Positions 1 through 12,814 of a stretch of DNA of 64,000 nt are shown here, piece after piece. The stretch spans positions 314,123 through 378,122 of the forward strand of contig MU006102.1 in assembly GCA_010093705.1 (NCBI GenBank). Direction: 5' to 3'. Position 1 is the stretch's first letter. Each line of letters opens with the position of its first letter. Below the pieces are notes generated by a model. That model worked only from the letters and a program-made list of their open reading frames with translations, was not told the origin of the DNA and searched no databases. The stretch comes from Patellaria atrata CBS 101060. Its lineage: Eukaryota. Both the position numbers and the translations under genes were made by a program.

Positions 1-354
1 GAACAATCTGACCTGCACATTTGCGAGCCTCTTCAAGACCTCCATAGGTACGCCCTCGAGTTTGTTGAAAACGCTCGTATGCTCGAGTAGGAACTTATTC
101 CCGCCGTACAGAATGTCCATCGCTTCGAGCCGCAGAGATTTGCATACCAGGAATAGCTGTACTGGTATCGGGACGGCTTCGCAGCTATTTCTGGCTTCTT
201 GGGCGCACACTCCGCATGAGCGTAGCCCGGGGATATACTCTTGACCGTATTCAAGATAGTTCTTTCGGTCGAGGTTAATGGGGCATGAGCGTATCAACCC
301 CGTTTTCTCCAATATGCGTTGTCGTATTTCTGCTGGGAGCTGTAAGAAAGACAT
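1..354 (-). CDS. F-box-like fungal protein, 5' part (runs off the window start)
   Basis: ATG at 354; open frame to base 1: MSFLQLPAEIRQRILEKTGLIRSCPINL...PVQLFLVCKSLRLEAMDILYGGNKF. LPAEIR..I and L.LVCK..R.EA..ILY..N.F are typical of fungal F-box-like proteins. Missing from the ORF track because it has no stop in the window. Confidence 0.75.
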   Translation of the reverse strand, partial: MSFLQLPAEIRQRILEKTGLIRSCPINLDRKNYLEYGQEYIPGLRSCGVCAQEARNSCEAVPIPVQLFLVCKSLRLEAMDILYGGNKFLLEHTSVFNKLEGVPMEVLKRLANVQVRLF

Positions 355-1032
355 TGTACGGTGTCTTCACGAAAATTTCAGGTATATTTCAAGGGGAGAG
401 AGTGTAAGAGGGTAGAGGGTGAACGGAGTAGTTAAGTAAGGGGTAAGTGTAGATGTTGGTGAAGGGTGGTATAGAATGAAGCTGTGTGAAATTAAACTGT
501 AGAAGATTTGCGAGGAGCAGAAGAATGGGAGGATAGGTGCTGATTTATATGTGTGCAGTCCGCGCCAAGGGGCCATTCTGGTCAAAAAGACAATTAACGG
601 GGATGCCCCTTTTCTCTGACATGTTTTATTCGAGCTTAGCTTTACCCAATTATCATTTTGACCGCATGTTAGGTTTTACCGTATACTTGTTCGAACATCC
701 ACCGGAGGATTATTAAACTAAACTATGGATCAATTATCCTTGTCTATACATTTAAGTTATTTGTACGAGTTTGACTTTTTTATACCTTCTAGCCGTTTCC
801 GTACGTTATAGTCAGATATCCCATTGAGGACGAGTCTGTAGTGAACTAAAAATAGTCATAATAGGGAAAATGATTCGTTCACATAATACCTACAAGCGAG
901 GTTTTCAATAGTCAAGAGCAACAATAAATTCGATTTCATAAGTATAAACGACAAGAATTGTAAGTATTTACACCCCAATATTACAATATAAACACCTCCT
1001 ACACACACCCAATACACCTTCAAATCCTTCCC

Positions 1033-1540
1033 CTACACGCTCCCCATCGTTTTCACAAACGTCCTGCAACATTTAGAAACCATACACCCTAACACAATCT
1101 CAAAATCCACACCAACCACATCTCTACGAAACGTACACGCAAACCACCACGCCAGCATACCCCAGCGCACAACACGCCCACGAACCTCACAGTCCGCAAT
1201 CTTCCCTCTTTCCGTCTCCGAGAATACCTTAACCCATACCCTCTCGAGCAATCCAATATCTCCCCAGCCAGCTGAAAGGAACCGCGGTGTACAGCAGTAC
1301 TCGACCTCAAACCCCTTTTAGCGGTCCAGCACTCCTATGGCGTCGTTGCGTACGGATTTGCTGATGAAGGAGAGCTGTATGGGATTAGTGAAGTAATACA
1401 GCATTCCCCGGACTCGCGGGATGTTATTGGTTTGGGCTGACTGCGTACGGGTTGTCATAGTTCGAAGTTATGGGGCAAGAGCGTACGAGCCGGCTTCGGA
1501 GAGGAGGCTTTGTGGAGTGGTTTGAGGAAGTGCGGGGATG
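1033..1540 (-). pseudogene. Decayed paralog of the adjacent F-box-like gene
   Basis: Reads LPQTTPQSLLSEAG/(frameshift)/LVRSCPI.../PIQLSFISKSVRNDAIGVLDR*KGF, matching LPAEIRQRILEKTGLIRSCPI and PVQLFLVCKSLRLEAMDILY of gene 1..354. In-frame TAA at 1318-1320 plus frameshifts. Confidence 0.6.
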
Positions 1541-2246
1541 GTATTTTTGCGTACGGGGGTAGATGGTACGGACTGTACGGATGGGAGAAACTTGGCTTTG
1601 GTATAGTTATACCAGTGGTATGGAGGTGATGTGGTTAAGGCTGGTAAAGTGCAGGTGGTGGGAGTACAGTTAATGTGGTAGAATTCCAGCTAGTAAGAGT
1701 TATTCGTTGAAACAGTGTGAGGCTGTAGTGTGATGGAAGAATAATATGAGCAAAGAAGTTCAGAGACGTGGGACTCTTGATATAGAGGCCTCCAGAGCCT
1801 GCTGATAGTGGCCAAATATGTAATCTCAAAGTATGGTCGTGTTAAGTATCATGGGACAAATTCTGGAATTGTTACCGATACTGATCAACCAAGGTAAAGA
1901 AGTCGAAAATTCGTTGAAGGTAAGTTACGGTTCTCCTTCTCATGTTCTCTTGCTTCCATGGTTGATATTCATCAGATGTACTTACCTCTGGATATTATGA
2001 ATACTAAGTGTTTGAATCTCAGTATTACAGTTGGTTTCTAGACGTAAGATTCAGCGTGTTGAATGGTACTATTGGGCCTGATTCTATTCTTTGCTGACGG
2101 CTGTACAGGTATACTATCAGTCTCTGACTATGCTCTCAAGGGTGGCTACTGCTAACCGACCGGAATGATATAAGATTCTACTAGTGCCATCCGAGTTCCA
2201 ATTCATTTCGATTTTCTATCGTAGATACAAATCATCTTATCCGCTC

Positions 2247-4351
2247 TCAGTCCTCATCCCAATTTGGATTTGGCCCTGGCGGTTTCGGTCCTCCTGCCTG
2301 CCTTGCTACAATGATTTGATCTACGCTCAACACCGTTCTTGCGGCCTCAGTCGCCAGCTTAATCGCCCACGTCTTCGTGATCATAAGATCCAGGATCCCC
2401 TCATCTACAGAATCACAGACGCCGGTCCCTTCGCTGTTCTCGATGTCTACGCCCTGAGTCCAGTACGCCTCATCCTCATCGTCCTCATCTTCTTTCTTGG
2501 GAGGGGTTTTAGCTTTGGGTTTTTGAGATGGAGGAGCGTGTGCGGTAAACAATTTCGAGAGGACTTCCGTCGCGTCTAATCCTGCGGACTCAGCGAGCAC
2601 GCGGGGTATGACCTCGAAAGCTTCGGCGTACTTTTTGATCGCATACTGCGGGAGTCCGGGTGTTGTAGCCGCGTAAGTGGCGATGCGCTGCACAAGCTGC
2701 ATCTCTGTGGCACCAGCGCCAGGAACAAGACGTGAATCCCGGGTGATGGCTTTGACTACATTTACGCCGTCATCGACAGCACGCTCCACATCATCGAGAT
2801 GATTTTGTGTTGCACCCCGAAGTACTAGTGTTGCGGTGCGGGTTGTCTCATTCTCTTGTCGGAAGACGGTTACACGGTCACCACCTATTTCAAGCGTCTC
2901 AACCACATCAACAGTGCCCATCTCATCCGGCATTGGGGCCCCGAGACGTGCAAGTGGGGTAGCACCAACTACACGACAGAGACGGCGCAGCTCGTACTTA
3001 GAGAGAACTTTGATGACGACGATATTGAAACGGTTAAGGTAATGTAGAGCTAGCTCGCCGATGGTAGAACCGGCTACTAGCACACGCAAACCGGAATCTG
3101 AAAGCTCCTTAATTGTGTTTTCCATCTGGGATTCCTCCCCTTTGGTGAAGTCGAGCATTTCTTTAGCATTGTGGATGAGAACGGTGCCTTTGGTTTCCGT
3201 TTGGGAGATGTCAATGGGACATGAAAAGATGCCCACTTTGGCTTTCTTTGCTGATTTGACACTGCCTTCGGGTTCACGGCCGAAGACCATACCACGAACG
3301 ACTCTCGATTGTGGCAAGGAACCGCCCATGATTTTCACGACGCGGATATTGTCGACGTTGAAGTTATAGGTATTCTTAGGGAGGACGGCGAGGACAGCTT
3401 CAGCGACTAGACCGGCGAGGAATTCTTCGTGACCGGATTGTTTAGCGCCTATGACTGCGCTGAGGGCCTTGGATAATTCTCCTTGTGATCTCAAATCCTC
3501 GACTTTGTCAACTTCAAGCTCTACGAATACCGCATGTTAGCTGTTTACCAAGTAAAATTTGGGGTTTCTGTTATAACACGACTCTGGGACATTTATTTCT
3601 CCTACTCACCCTCAAGCGCCTTCAATGCAAAATTTTGTGCCTTCTCGTATCCCTGTACAATATCACTTGTCTTCAAGCCCATCCTAATCAACTCTTCCGC
3701 TTTCTTCAACAGCTCTCCCGCCAGCACAATGACCAGATTAGTCGCATCCCCCATTTCTGCCTCTTGCTGCTGACTCGCCATGACTATCAACTTTGCAGCA
3801 GGGTGCACGACATCAAGTTCCCGTAATATCGTCGCCGCATCTGATGTCAATATCATTTTCTGTAGGTGGTTTATGACTATCTTATTGCGGCCATAGGGGC
3901 CAAGTGAGGTCTGGACGGTTTGCGCGATCGTGCGACAGGCGTCGATATTGCGAATGACAGCTCCATCTTCGGCATCGTAGCTGTATAAATGTCAGAAAAG
4001 CGTCTTGTAGGTATTAGCTCCCTATCGCGTTTGGTATTCCTCGTTCTCTGCCCGGTTATGAACAAATACTGGTAGTGTGCTACGCATGAAATCTTAACTG
4101 ATCTCCATGGCATACCACAAGTACGGTGGGTTGTCATTTTTATGTTTTGGACATTCCGTTATAGAATCCATGACCACTTTGAGAGCAAACGTACAGCAGG
4201 CGAGGAATACCTCGAGGGCGTGAGGGATAACGTTGTATCGTATGTAGTCATGGTGGGATATTCTGGGCTGCTTTGGCGGGGTTAAGACTCACTTCTGGTA
4301 ACCTTGCTTGAAGAGACCCGCATTTGGTGCACTAGGTATTGAAAGGGACAT
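2247..4351 (-). CDS. CCT8: T-complex protein 1 subunit theta (chaperonin CCT8); exons 4351-4293, 3980-3610, 3520-2247
   Basis: MSLSIPSAPNAGLFKQGYQNYDAEDGA, GDATN motif, RLVPGAGATE, C-terminal VLSVDQIIVARQAGGPKPPGPNPNWDED; introns 3981-4292 and 3521-3609 are GT..AG and in phase. Confidence 0.96.
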
Positions 4352-4867
4352 GATGTTTGAGGTGTAGAATCATATAAAGGTGGGAGTGGAATGGAGGGTC
4401 AAAATTAAGTGCTGGAGTAAATATTTCTGTTTGCGAAGCTTTGAAGCTCCAAACTTTTTGACGAAAGACGCGAGACACTTCTTGGCACAAAACCATCATG
4501 CTTTATATAACTACACCACAACTGTATGGATTGCACTGAACTAGGACCATTTTCCCCACAGGAATTCAGGATTGAAACGTTTTGACATACGGTATGACAT
4601 CTTCGCAGGAGTAGGTCTAATTCACCCTCCAAAAGCCCGCCAGAGTCGGGGTATCTAAGATCTAGACTTGCCCAACAACGCCGCTGATAACTATATATCG
4701 ATACAATGCCGCCCCTATTTTATAAAAAAAAAGGCCACCATTAAGATTCTTCCCTAGTCATAACAATATCACGAGGTTGTACAGAGAACTGAGTACTTCA
4801 AGACAACAGATTCAACAGTCTTGTATTAGAATATGGTAAATGAAAAAAAGGTACGGTACGTTTCGAA

Positions 4868-6392
4868 TTAGGCATACCAGCCTCTCGCAGTGACCTGGGT
4901 GCCTTGCTCGTCGTTTCTATGGGGTATCATAGGTTCTTGAATGTCATATGCTTGAACAAGCTTTCTCCATGTGGGCCAATCGAGGCTGAACACGGCCTGA
5001 TGCCTCGAGATCTGTTTTTCTCGCTGTTCTTCCATACTGCGAGCCTGGGATGGATCTTGAGGTATGTTAATCATTGATAACGCAAAAAGGAGGGTCAAAC
5101 AACTTACTCAGAGTAGGCAAGCCGTCCTCATCTTCATCAACTGCAACACCACCATCCTTAATCAAGAAGCTAATGTAGAAAAGATTCTCTACCGTCTGAC
5201 CAAATGAATTTGGGTTTATGGCGAAATCGAAAAGAGATAAAGCCGCACTACCATCACTCGCCTTTCTCGTTATACGCTGATGTTTCATGAGCGCAATCGC
5301 ATCCTCTTCAGACATATCATCAATGCCAGAATTTTCCAGTGCATCAGTGCGTTCATGAAGAACTGTCGTCAACCGATCTCGAATTCCAACGCATAATTTG
5401 GTCAGATTGGAGTTCTCATTCCTTTCTAGGTCTTCCGCGCGGAGATTTTCAGGTCGAGTCTCCTTCGCCTGGGTGTCCCTCTGTGATCGTACGCGGCGCT
5501 GGGTTAAGGCTCTCGCCCGTTTTTGAACAGAAAGGGGCCCGAATAGAAAACTCGGCACAGGAGGCCTCGAGTTGTTGGGAAAGCAAGTAAGCTCTCCTAA
5601 GACCTCCCAGTTCATCGCATCACCTTCATCCTCGAGTTCATCTTCTGCTACGGTGCATCTTCGAGCTTGGCGTTTTTGTCGATTTTGTGTTGACGCATCC
5701 CCTTCTTCATCCGAATCGCCATCATCATTAAGAGGTCCGCCATGCCTCATGAAAGTTATACACTTTGAGACGAACTCATCTACATCAATTCCAGTGCCAG
5801 TAGAACCAAGGACCATGTTCGTCGTTCTCTTTAGAGCGAGTTCTCCGATATCAACGAGATTACGGGACTCAATCACCGCATCAGCGGTTTGACGCACCTT
5901 CCTCATCAACCGGTTACTCTTGTTGATGTACGCCTGTAGAGAGTCATTATCTGGCTGTGCCAAAGCATCTTTGTTATCATGTAGTTGGCGACTCTGCTCT
6001 CGCAAATCCTGACGAAGTTTTCGTCTGTACTCGGCATCTTGATTGGGATCATAGTATTTGAGCTTCTCAGGCTCCGAATTGTCTTCGTCATCCTCCTCTT
6101 CCTCTTCGCCTAAGTCTAATAACTGGCTTTGGCGAAGATTGTGCTCACCAAGCCGTCTTCGTTTGTGGGTAGAATGAGTCCCATGCTGTGGGCGAGCAGG
6201 TGGTCCCATGGGAGCCTTTCCTTTATCTTTCGATGTTTGAGGCTGTGATCTAGGATCGGGATTGTTTTCCTTATCGGAAGATGATGATGGTGACCGGGTT
6301 CGCACATTTGTGGAGCTTTGTGCAAGATTACAACGCGTCGCAGGAGTCGAATTGCGGGTGCTGGGCGATATTGCCGTGTTTAATCGTGCCAT
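4868..6392 (-). CDS. NSE4: Smc5/6 complex kleisin subunit Nse4
   Basis: YYDPNQD..RR.LR, VRQTADAVIESRNLV, FLFGPLSVQKRAR, LFDFAINPNSFGQTVENLFYISFLIKDG; last exon RHQAVFSLDWPTWRKLVQAYDIQEPMIPHR; one intron at about 5056-5107. Confidence 0.93.
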
Positions 6393-6824
6393 ATCGTTCA
6401 AGGCTGTGAAAACGGCGAGGAAGGGGCGGCTATACTGATCTCATGGGACAAGGCTCCCGGTTACGGTAAGGTAGGCAGTGTTCTGCTTTTTCGCGACTGT
6501 GCAGATTCTAGAGGAACAGCCTTGGAATGGATGTTGAGCGATAAAGCAAAGAGATTGACGACGCGCCAAATTATCTAAAGTACAATCTAAAGTGAACTTC
6601 AAACAGGTTACATAAGTTGTAAATGTTGTTTGTCGGCTCAAATGTTGAGATTGAGGGCTCCTTGCTCATAAGGTGTGAGCGCGCATCTCGTGGTGGTCAA
6701 GGCGCGCCGAGTCGAAGTTGAAGTGCGGGGATGACGCGGTCGTGGGGGAACTGCGGATGTACTAGTCCTATACAAATATTACTGTACGGTACGGAAATCC
6801 CCCACATGCTATAAATGTGATAAA

Positions 6825-9800
6825 ATGGAACCATTCTCTTTTGCTAGCTCTTCAGCTTTAGACCTCCCCGTCAGTGTGAAAATGTTCGTTGGAACCTGTA
6901 TGAGCTTCAAACGCTCAGTATCAGATGTATCCTCAAGCTAACTGTAGCTCTAGCAACACCTTAGATGGACATCAGAAACCGATTCCTTTCTCTACTTTAC
7001 TCAAACGACCAGACTTAAGACATCGAGGGTCCAATTTGAGGTATTGGCGATTCCCACCCTTTCGATATAAAAGCTGACTTCTTGCAAGCCCACATTCGGA
7101 GCTCTATGTCACCGCACAGCTATGGGCTGACAGCAAACCCTTAACTGTACCAGTACAAACACCATATAAAGCTTTCAAATCCGCGCGGATATGGAACGAA
7201 TGGCTCAGTCTACCTATTACGTATTCTAGCATTCCCCTCACCTCCCAGATCGCCATCACTGTATGGGACCTCTCCCCAACTGGAGGGGAAGATGCTCCTT
7301 TTCATGCTATACCTTTCGGAGGTACCACTATTTCCCTTTTTGATAAGGACAATACTCTGCAAAAAGGGAGGCAAAGGTGTCGTATTCACCGCCATAAAGT
7401 TGCCGATGGCCTTTCATCTTCCACTACACCCTCGGTGATTCCACCTATTCGAGCCTTCCGAAACGAAGAGAGGATTCGAGATAATGACCCTGGCGGGAAT
7501 AATGCCGAAATGGAGAGGGTAGAAGGGCTTCTAAAGAAGCATGAGATGGGCGAGATACCGGAGGACAGATGGTTGGATCCACTGGTATTCAGACGCATTG
7601 AAAAAATGGAGCGCGAAGCTTACAAAGGGGAGGCAAAATTTCGACTAAAGAAGCTAAAGGAGGATGAGAAAGCTGAACTTGGCGCTGGTGAAGATGAGAA
7701 CAATGATAATAAAGAAAATGATGTAGACGAGGAGATATTCTATCTGAATATTGACTTTCCGCGGTTCGACCATCCAATAGTATTCGAAGACCAAAGTTAT
7801 CCTCCTCCACCAATGTCTACAATACCACTTGGAACATCTCTTATTGAGGCGCGTCATAGGCCTCTTCCAGATCTCGCTCTTGGTCCTGGTATCAATGAGG
7901 ACAGCGAGGGCTACGGAGCTCCTGGCATAGGAAGAATGATCAGGATCTATGATCCGGAGATAGGGATCAAAGATAATCCAGCTGAAAATAAGCACCGTAG
8001 GTTAATGAGAAGCCATCGGACAGGAGTTGTGGATCGCGATTTGAAGCCTAATGCTAAAGTTAGGGATGAACTGAACGTAAGGGATCCAACCGCATACTTA
8101 TCTCAGTTTCTGATATGGGTTGTAGGTTATCATATCGTATGGTCCGACTCATGATCTCTCTTCAGAAGAAAAAGATCTTGTCTGGAAGTTTCGACATCAT
8201 CTGACAAGAGAAAAACACGTATGTATCCTTCCTCCCCTCCTTTGCTGACAGCAGCTCACATTTTCAGGCTTTGACGAAATTTGTTAAGTCCGTTCAATGG
8301 AGTGATCAGAGTGAAGCTCGACAAGCTGTCCAAATATTGCCTAAATGGACCGAAATTGACATTGATGATGCCTTAGAACTTCTCGGACCGACCTTCGATA
8401 ACCCAACAGTGCGAGCGTACGCTGTGGACCGTCTAAGGAAAGCGGATGATGATGTAAGTAACCATTTATCATTACAGACAATAGACTGATGAGGTCAGGA
8501 GCTTCTTCTATATTTGTTGCAACTTGTTCAAGCATTAAAATTCGAACGTATTGCACCAGGAGATGGGGAAGAGACAACCCAAGATTCTTCCCTAGCTAGT
8601 TTCCTTATCTCCCGGGCTGCGAACAATATGCTCTTGGGTAACTTCCTGCATTGGTACTTGATGGTTGAATGTGACGATAGAAGCAACGAACAACGATCAG
8701 AGCATCGTAAGCTCTTTGGCAAAGTAGAATTCGACTTTATGAATGAACTCATAAAACAACCCGATGGAACTCATCGTCGCAAGATTCTCCTTCGTCAAGC
8801 AGAATTGATAACCATCTTATCGAAAATATCAAAAGATATACGTTTCAGTCGCGAAGATCGTCCTCGCAAGATCGAGCGGCTAAAAGCCTTTCTCGCAGAC
8901 CCGAGGAATGAGTTGACTTCTTACGACCCACCCCTTCCACTACCTCTCGATCCTACAGTTTCGATCACAGGAATATATCCCGATGAAGCGAACGTCTTTA
9001 AGTCCTCGCTCTTCCCACTCCTCATTACATTTAAGACTTCATCCGGCTTGAAGTATCCCCTTCTCTTCAAGACAGGAGATGATCTGAGACAAGATCAACT
9101 AGTTATCCAAATAATCACCCTCATGGATCGCCTACTCCGCAAGGAGAACTTAGATCTAAAATTGTCGCCTTACCGTATTCTAGCCACGTCCACTTCGGCA
9201 GGCGCAACTCAATTCGTTCCCTCTCTCTCCCTGGCCGCAGCAGTCACAAAATACAAAGGTTCCCTTCTCGCCTATCTCCGAGCAAACAACCCCGACGAAT
9301 CCGCTCCTCTAGGCGTCCGCAAAGAAGCCATGGACACCTACCTCAAATCCTGCGCAGGCTACTGCGTGATAACCTACCTCCTCGGCGTCGGAGACCGCCA
9401 CCTCGACAACCTCCTCATCGCGCCCAGCGGTCATTTCTTCCACGTCGATTTCGGCTACATCCTCGGCCGCGACCCCAAGCCCTTCGCGCCCCTCATGAAA
9501 CTCTCCTCCGAAATGATCGAGGGCATGGGCGGCCCCACCCACCCCAATTTCACAAGCTTCAAGAGCTATTGCTTCACGGCTTACACCACGCTGCGCAAGT
9601 CGGCGAATTTGATACTCAATCTGTTCGCTCTCATGCAGGATGCGAATATCCCGGATATCAGAATCGAGCCGGACAAGGCGGTGCAGAAGGTCAGAGAGAG
9701 GTTCTGCCTCGATGTTGGCGAGGAGGAGGCCATTAGGCGTTTTGAGGACCTGATTGGGGGGAGTAAGGATGCCATTTTTCCTGTAGTTATTGATCGCTTG

Positions 9801-9830
9801 CATGGGTTTGTGCAGCATTGGAGGGCTTAG
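6825..9830 (+). CDS. VPS34: Class III phosphatidylinositol 3-kinase Vps34 (multi-exon)
   Basis: N-terminal C2 domain (QLWADSKPLTVPVQTPYK), helical PIK domain (VRAYAVDRLRKADD), kinase domain FKTGDDLRQDQL, GVGDRHLDN, HVDFGYILGRDPKP, C-terminal QHWRA. Confidence 0.97.
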
Positions 9831-10404
9831 CTTTTGCATATATCTTACTCCGAGAGATGCCGAGTTAAGGGAAAGGGAGGAGTTCAGGAAATATACCCTT
9901 ATATATCCCGATTTCCCTGGTGTGCACTTACTGCGGAGAAGTCGTGTTCATTGTTTAGCATATCGGTGTGAAAAACTTAGTGATGTTGATATACTAGATT
10001 TCTATCGGAGTGAATTTAGAGAGCCATGGTTGGACTTTTTGAAAGTGTCTTTCTTTTATATCCGCACAAACAACAACCCTTCTCTGATAAAGAAGACCAT
10101 CAGCTACTATACACTCTGGACGTTTGAGTTGCCCGACTTCGCTGTACGGACACTGACATTTCGTTCGGAACCAGAAAATCGCGGTACGCCGTTGTCTGTA
10201 CGGCAACTGTATAGCGATCAAGGGATCTTATATAGACAAAGGGGGATGCATCTCATTCGCGGATTCTCACACGTCAACACGACCGGAAGTTGGGACTTTG
10301 TTCGTCAAGCACATTCATCAGATGAAATATTCACCCGTAAAGAAATATTTACAGTAACAAAAACGCCATCGATGCATCCCAGCCCTCTCTTCACATAAAA
10401 TAGC

Positions 10405-12337
10405 TTACAACACCCCCCTCTTCACGAACTGAATCGGAATATCCACCGTCTTCGCCCTCAGATACTCACAGCAGTTCTTCCCCAGCGTGTCATACGTACT
10501 GCACGCATCATAACCCCTATCGAGATGATCATGCAGCAAAAAGTGCACGGCGCGAATATTCGGCATCTCAAAGCGATCGATCAGCTTGCCCTTATACTCT
10601 TCGGGGCCTAGCAATTCCTTGATCTTCTCAATCGTCAGGAGCGACCTGAGCCACTCCCACTCGTCGTCGTGACGGACGAAGAAGCCGACGTTGCAGTCCG
10701 AGCACTTGTCGCCGGAGCGGCCGAGGACGATAGTGCCGAGTGGTAGCCTTACGGTTGGACCGAAGGCGTCGAGCGGGACTGGGTTCGTGGTCTCGTAGCT
10801 CGGCTGTTGGCGGTCGTAGGTGCGGAACTCGGGGGCGAGGGGCATCTCGATGATCTTGTTCGGCGCTTCGAAGAGGAGGTGCACGCGCTGCTTGACCTGC
10901 TCTTGGGGGAGTAAGCTCGGGTGGTACTCATAGTAGGGCTTGCCCTCCGCCTGTCTCATATCGTTCCCCAGCGAAGCACCGGGGCACGACTGCAGGAAGG
11001 TGACCATGGACTTGCGGAAGAAGCCGTTGGGGTTGCGCATGTTGAGGAGCTCGCGGTCAGGCGTCTGAGCGAAGACGCGGAAGTCAACGGTCGCGACGTC
11101 CTGATTGCGGGCGTCGATGGGGGAGCTGCCGTTTTGCATGAACTTCAGGCAAGTGAAGCGCTTGAGGTATTCTTCGCCTAGCTCGTATTTGATTTGCTCT
11201 TCGGTCCATTTGCACTTTTCTTCGATGTGCAGACCACAGAGGTAGACGTGATATTCGGCTTGCCAGCCGGCGAAGCCGGTAAGACCGACTTTAGTCGTTG
11301 GCGGTGGTGGAAGACCCTTGACCCCAGACACACGGACGCGGTCGTCACCAACTTGCTCCATCTTGATGTTCTCGATTTGAGCAGTTACGTCGCAGTTATA
11401 GTATTGTGGGCCTTGGATCTCGTACAGGAGCTGAGATGTGACTGAGGCAACGGTCATTTCACCGCCGGTGTTCTTCTCCTTATACATGGTACCGGTTCCA
11501 TCATACTCAATCGCGCAGATTGGGAACCCAAGGTTGATGTGTTTACCTTCCTTGAGGAGCTGTCGAAAATCGGCGCAGTAACCGCCGCTCACGTACGCGG
11601 CGCACTCGAGAAGATGACCTATGATGAGAGAGCCAGCCAACTCGTCAAACATATCTGGAGTCCATTGATGCCACCAACTACGTAGTGTCAGCCAAATATT
11701 TTGTGAGTTGCTGGAGGCTCACTTACGCAGCAGCGCCAATAATAGGGGAAGCGTCAGAAACACGACCGCAGATAACGATATCAGCACCCTCTGTCAATGC
11801 TCTCGCGATTCCGAGACCTCCAAGGTAGCATTGAGCGCACACAGGATCAAGACCCCACTCCTTTACTGACTTATTGTGCATCAGACTGTTGAAGCCTTCC
11901 CCCTTATTCAACATGCCTTTTACAGTACCGGTAACATCATCACCCTCAATCCACGCAACCTTGAGGTTGTGGCCCGCCTCCTGAACTTTCTTCTGCACCA
12001 ATTGGGCAAGGATCTCGGTATCACTGGCACCAGCATTCACCGCGAGCTTGATACCATTCTTTGCGAGGTCCTCGATAGCGGGCATGAAGCAATCAAGGAA
12101 GTTCTCCGCAAACATGGCATATTCCAACTTTTGCTCTAACGACTGTGCCTTAGCCATCTGCTCGAGGTTCCTAATCTTGCCGGTTCCATGGATGGTCATT
12201 GTAAGCTCGGAGAGCCAATCCCCCACGATGACATCTACGTCTTCGTTCTTTGCGAGGGATGAGATGGCTCGGACACGGTCAGAGAAACCACCGGAGGCAC
12301 CTGCAACGCGGACGGGGCGATTGACGGAGGGAGTCAT
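10405..12337 (-). CDS. AtuA-like (DUF1446) acyclic terpene utilization family protein; one intron 11678-11726
   Basis: VRVAGASGGFSDR, VIVGDWLSELTM, GADIVICGRVSDAS, GHLLEC, SQLLYEIQGP, GRSGDK.SDCNVGFF, DTLGKN..EYLR are characteristic DUF1446/AtuA blocks. Confidence 0.92.
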
Positions 12338-12814
12338 TTGAAAAGGCTAATGAGAATACAATAAGATATGGGTATATAACGTGTGCGCTGAAGTCCTCAG
12401 GGAATGAATGACACTGATTTGAACCAAGAGTATGCCCTGGGAAAGGGACCTATTTTATAAACAGAGCAAGAGAAAGCACAGAGGCTAGAACTCGCGTACG
12501 TCCACTGTAAAGCCATATCAATCAATACTTATTTTAAATCGGATCCAGACTGATTTCCTGCGGTTGTAGATTTCCGTTTTTCATGAAGTTCTGAAGAAAA
12601 TATAAGAGTCGGGTAGGAACCGAGTATCCGATGCTGCCCCGCAACTATGGCAAACTCCCCACATTCACATTCACGTTCATGTCTGATCCGATCTAAAGAG
12701 GATTGAATCTCTTCGGTACCCGCATACTGGAGATCCAGCTGCATGGCTAGAACCACTGGAGCCGCTGATGCATGTAGATCGGATGACTCGGCAAACAGGT
12801 TCGAAGAGTCCTGT

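Noticed and set aside
1318..1320. Stop-codon readthrough or editing at the in-frame TAA
   Set aside because: Accompanying frameshifts upstream indicate pseudogenisation.
3981..4292. TPP riboswitch or box C/D snoRNA in the CCT8 intron
   Set aside because: No CUGAGA aptamer core, no RUGAUGA box C with a matching CUGA inside the stem, and the host is not a thiamine gene.
9790..10398. 202-aa ORF filling the gap between the convergent VPS34 and AtuA genes
   Set aside because: Non-ATG start inside the VPS34 CDS, no room for a promoter, no recognisable motif; most likely a chance open frame in 3' UTRs.
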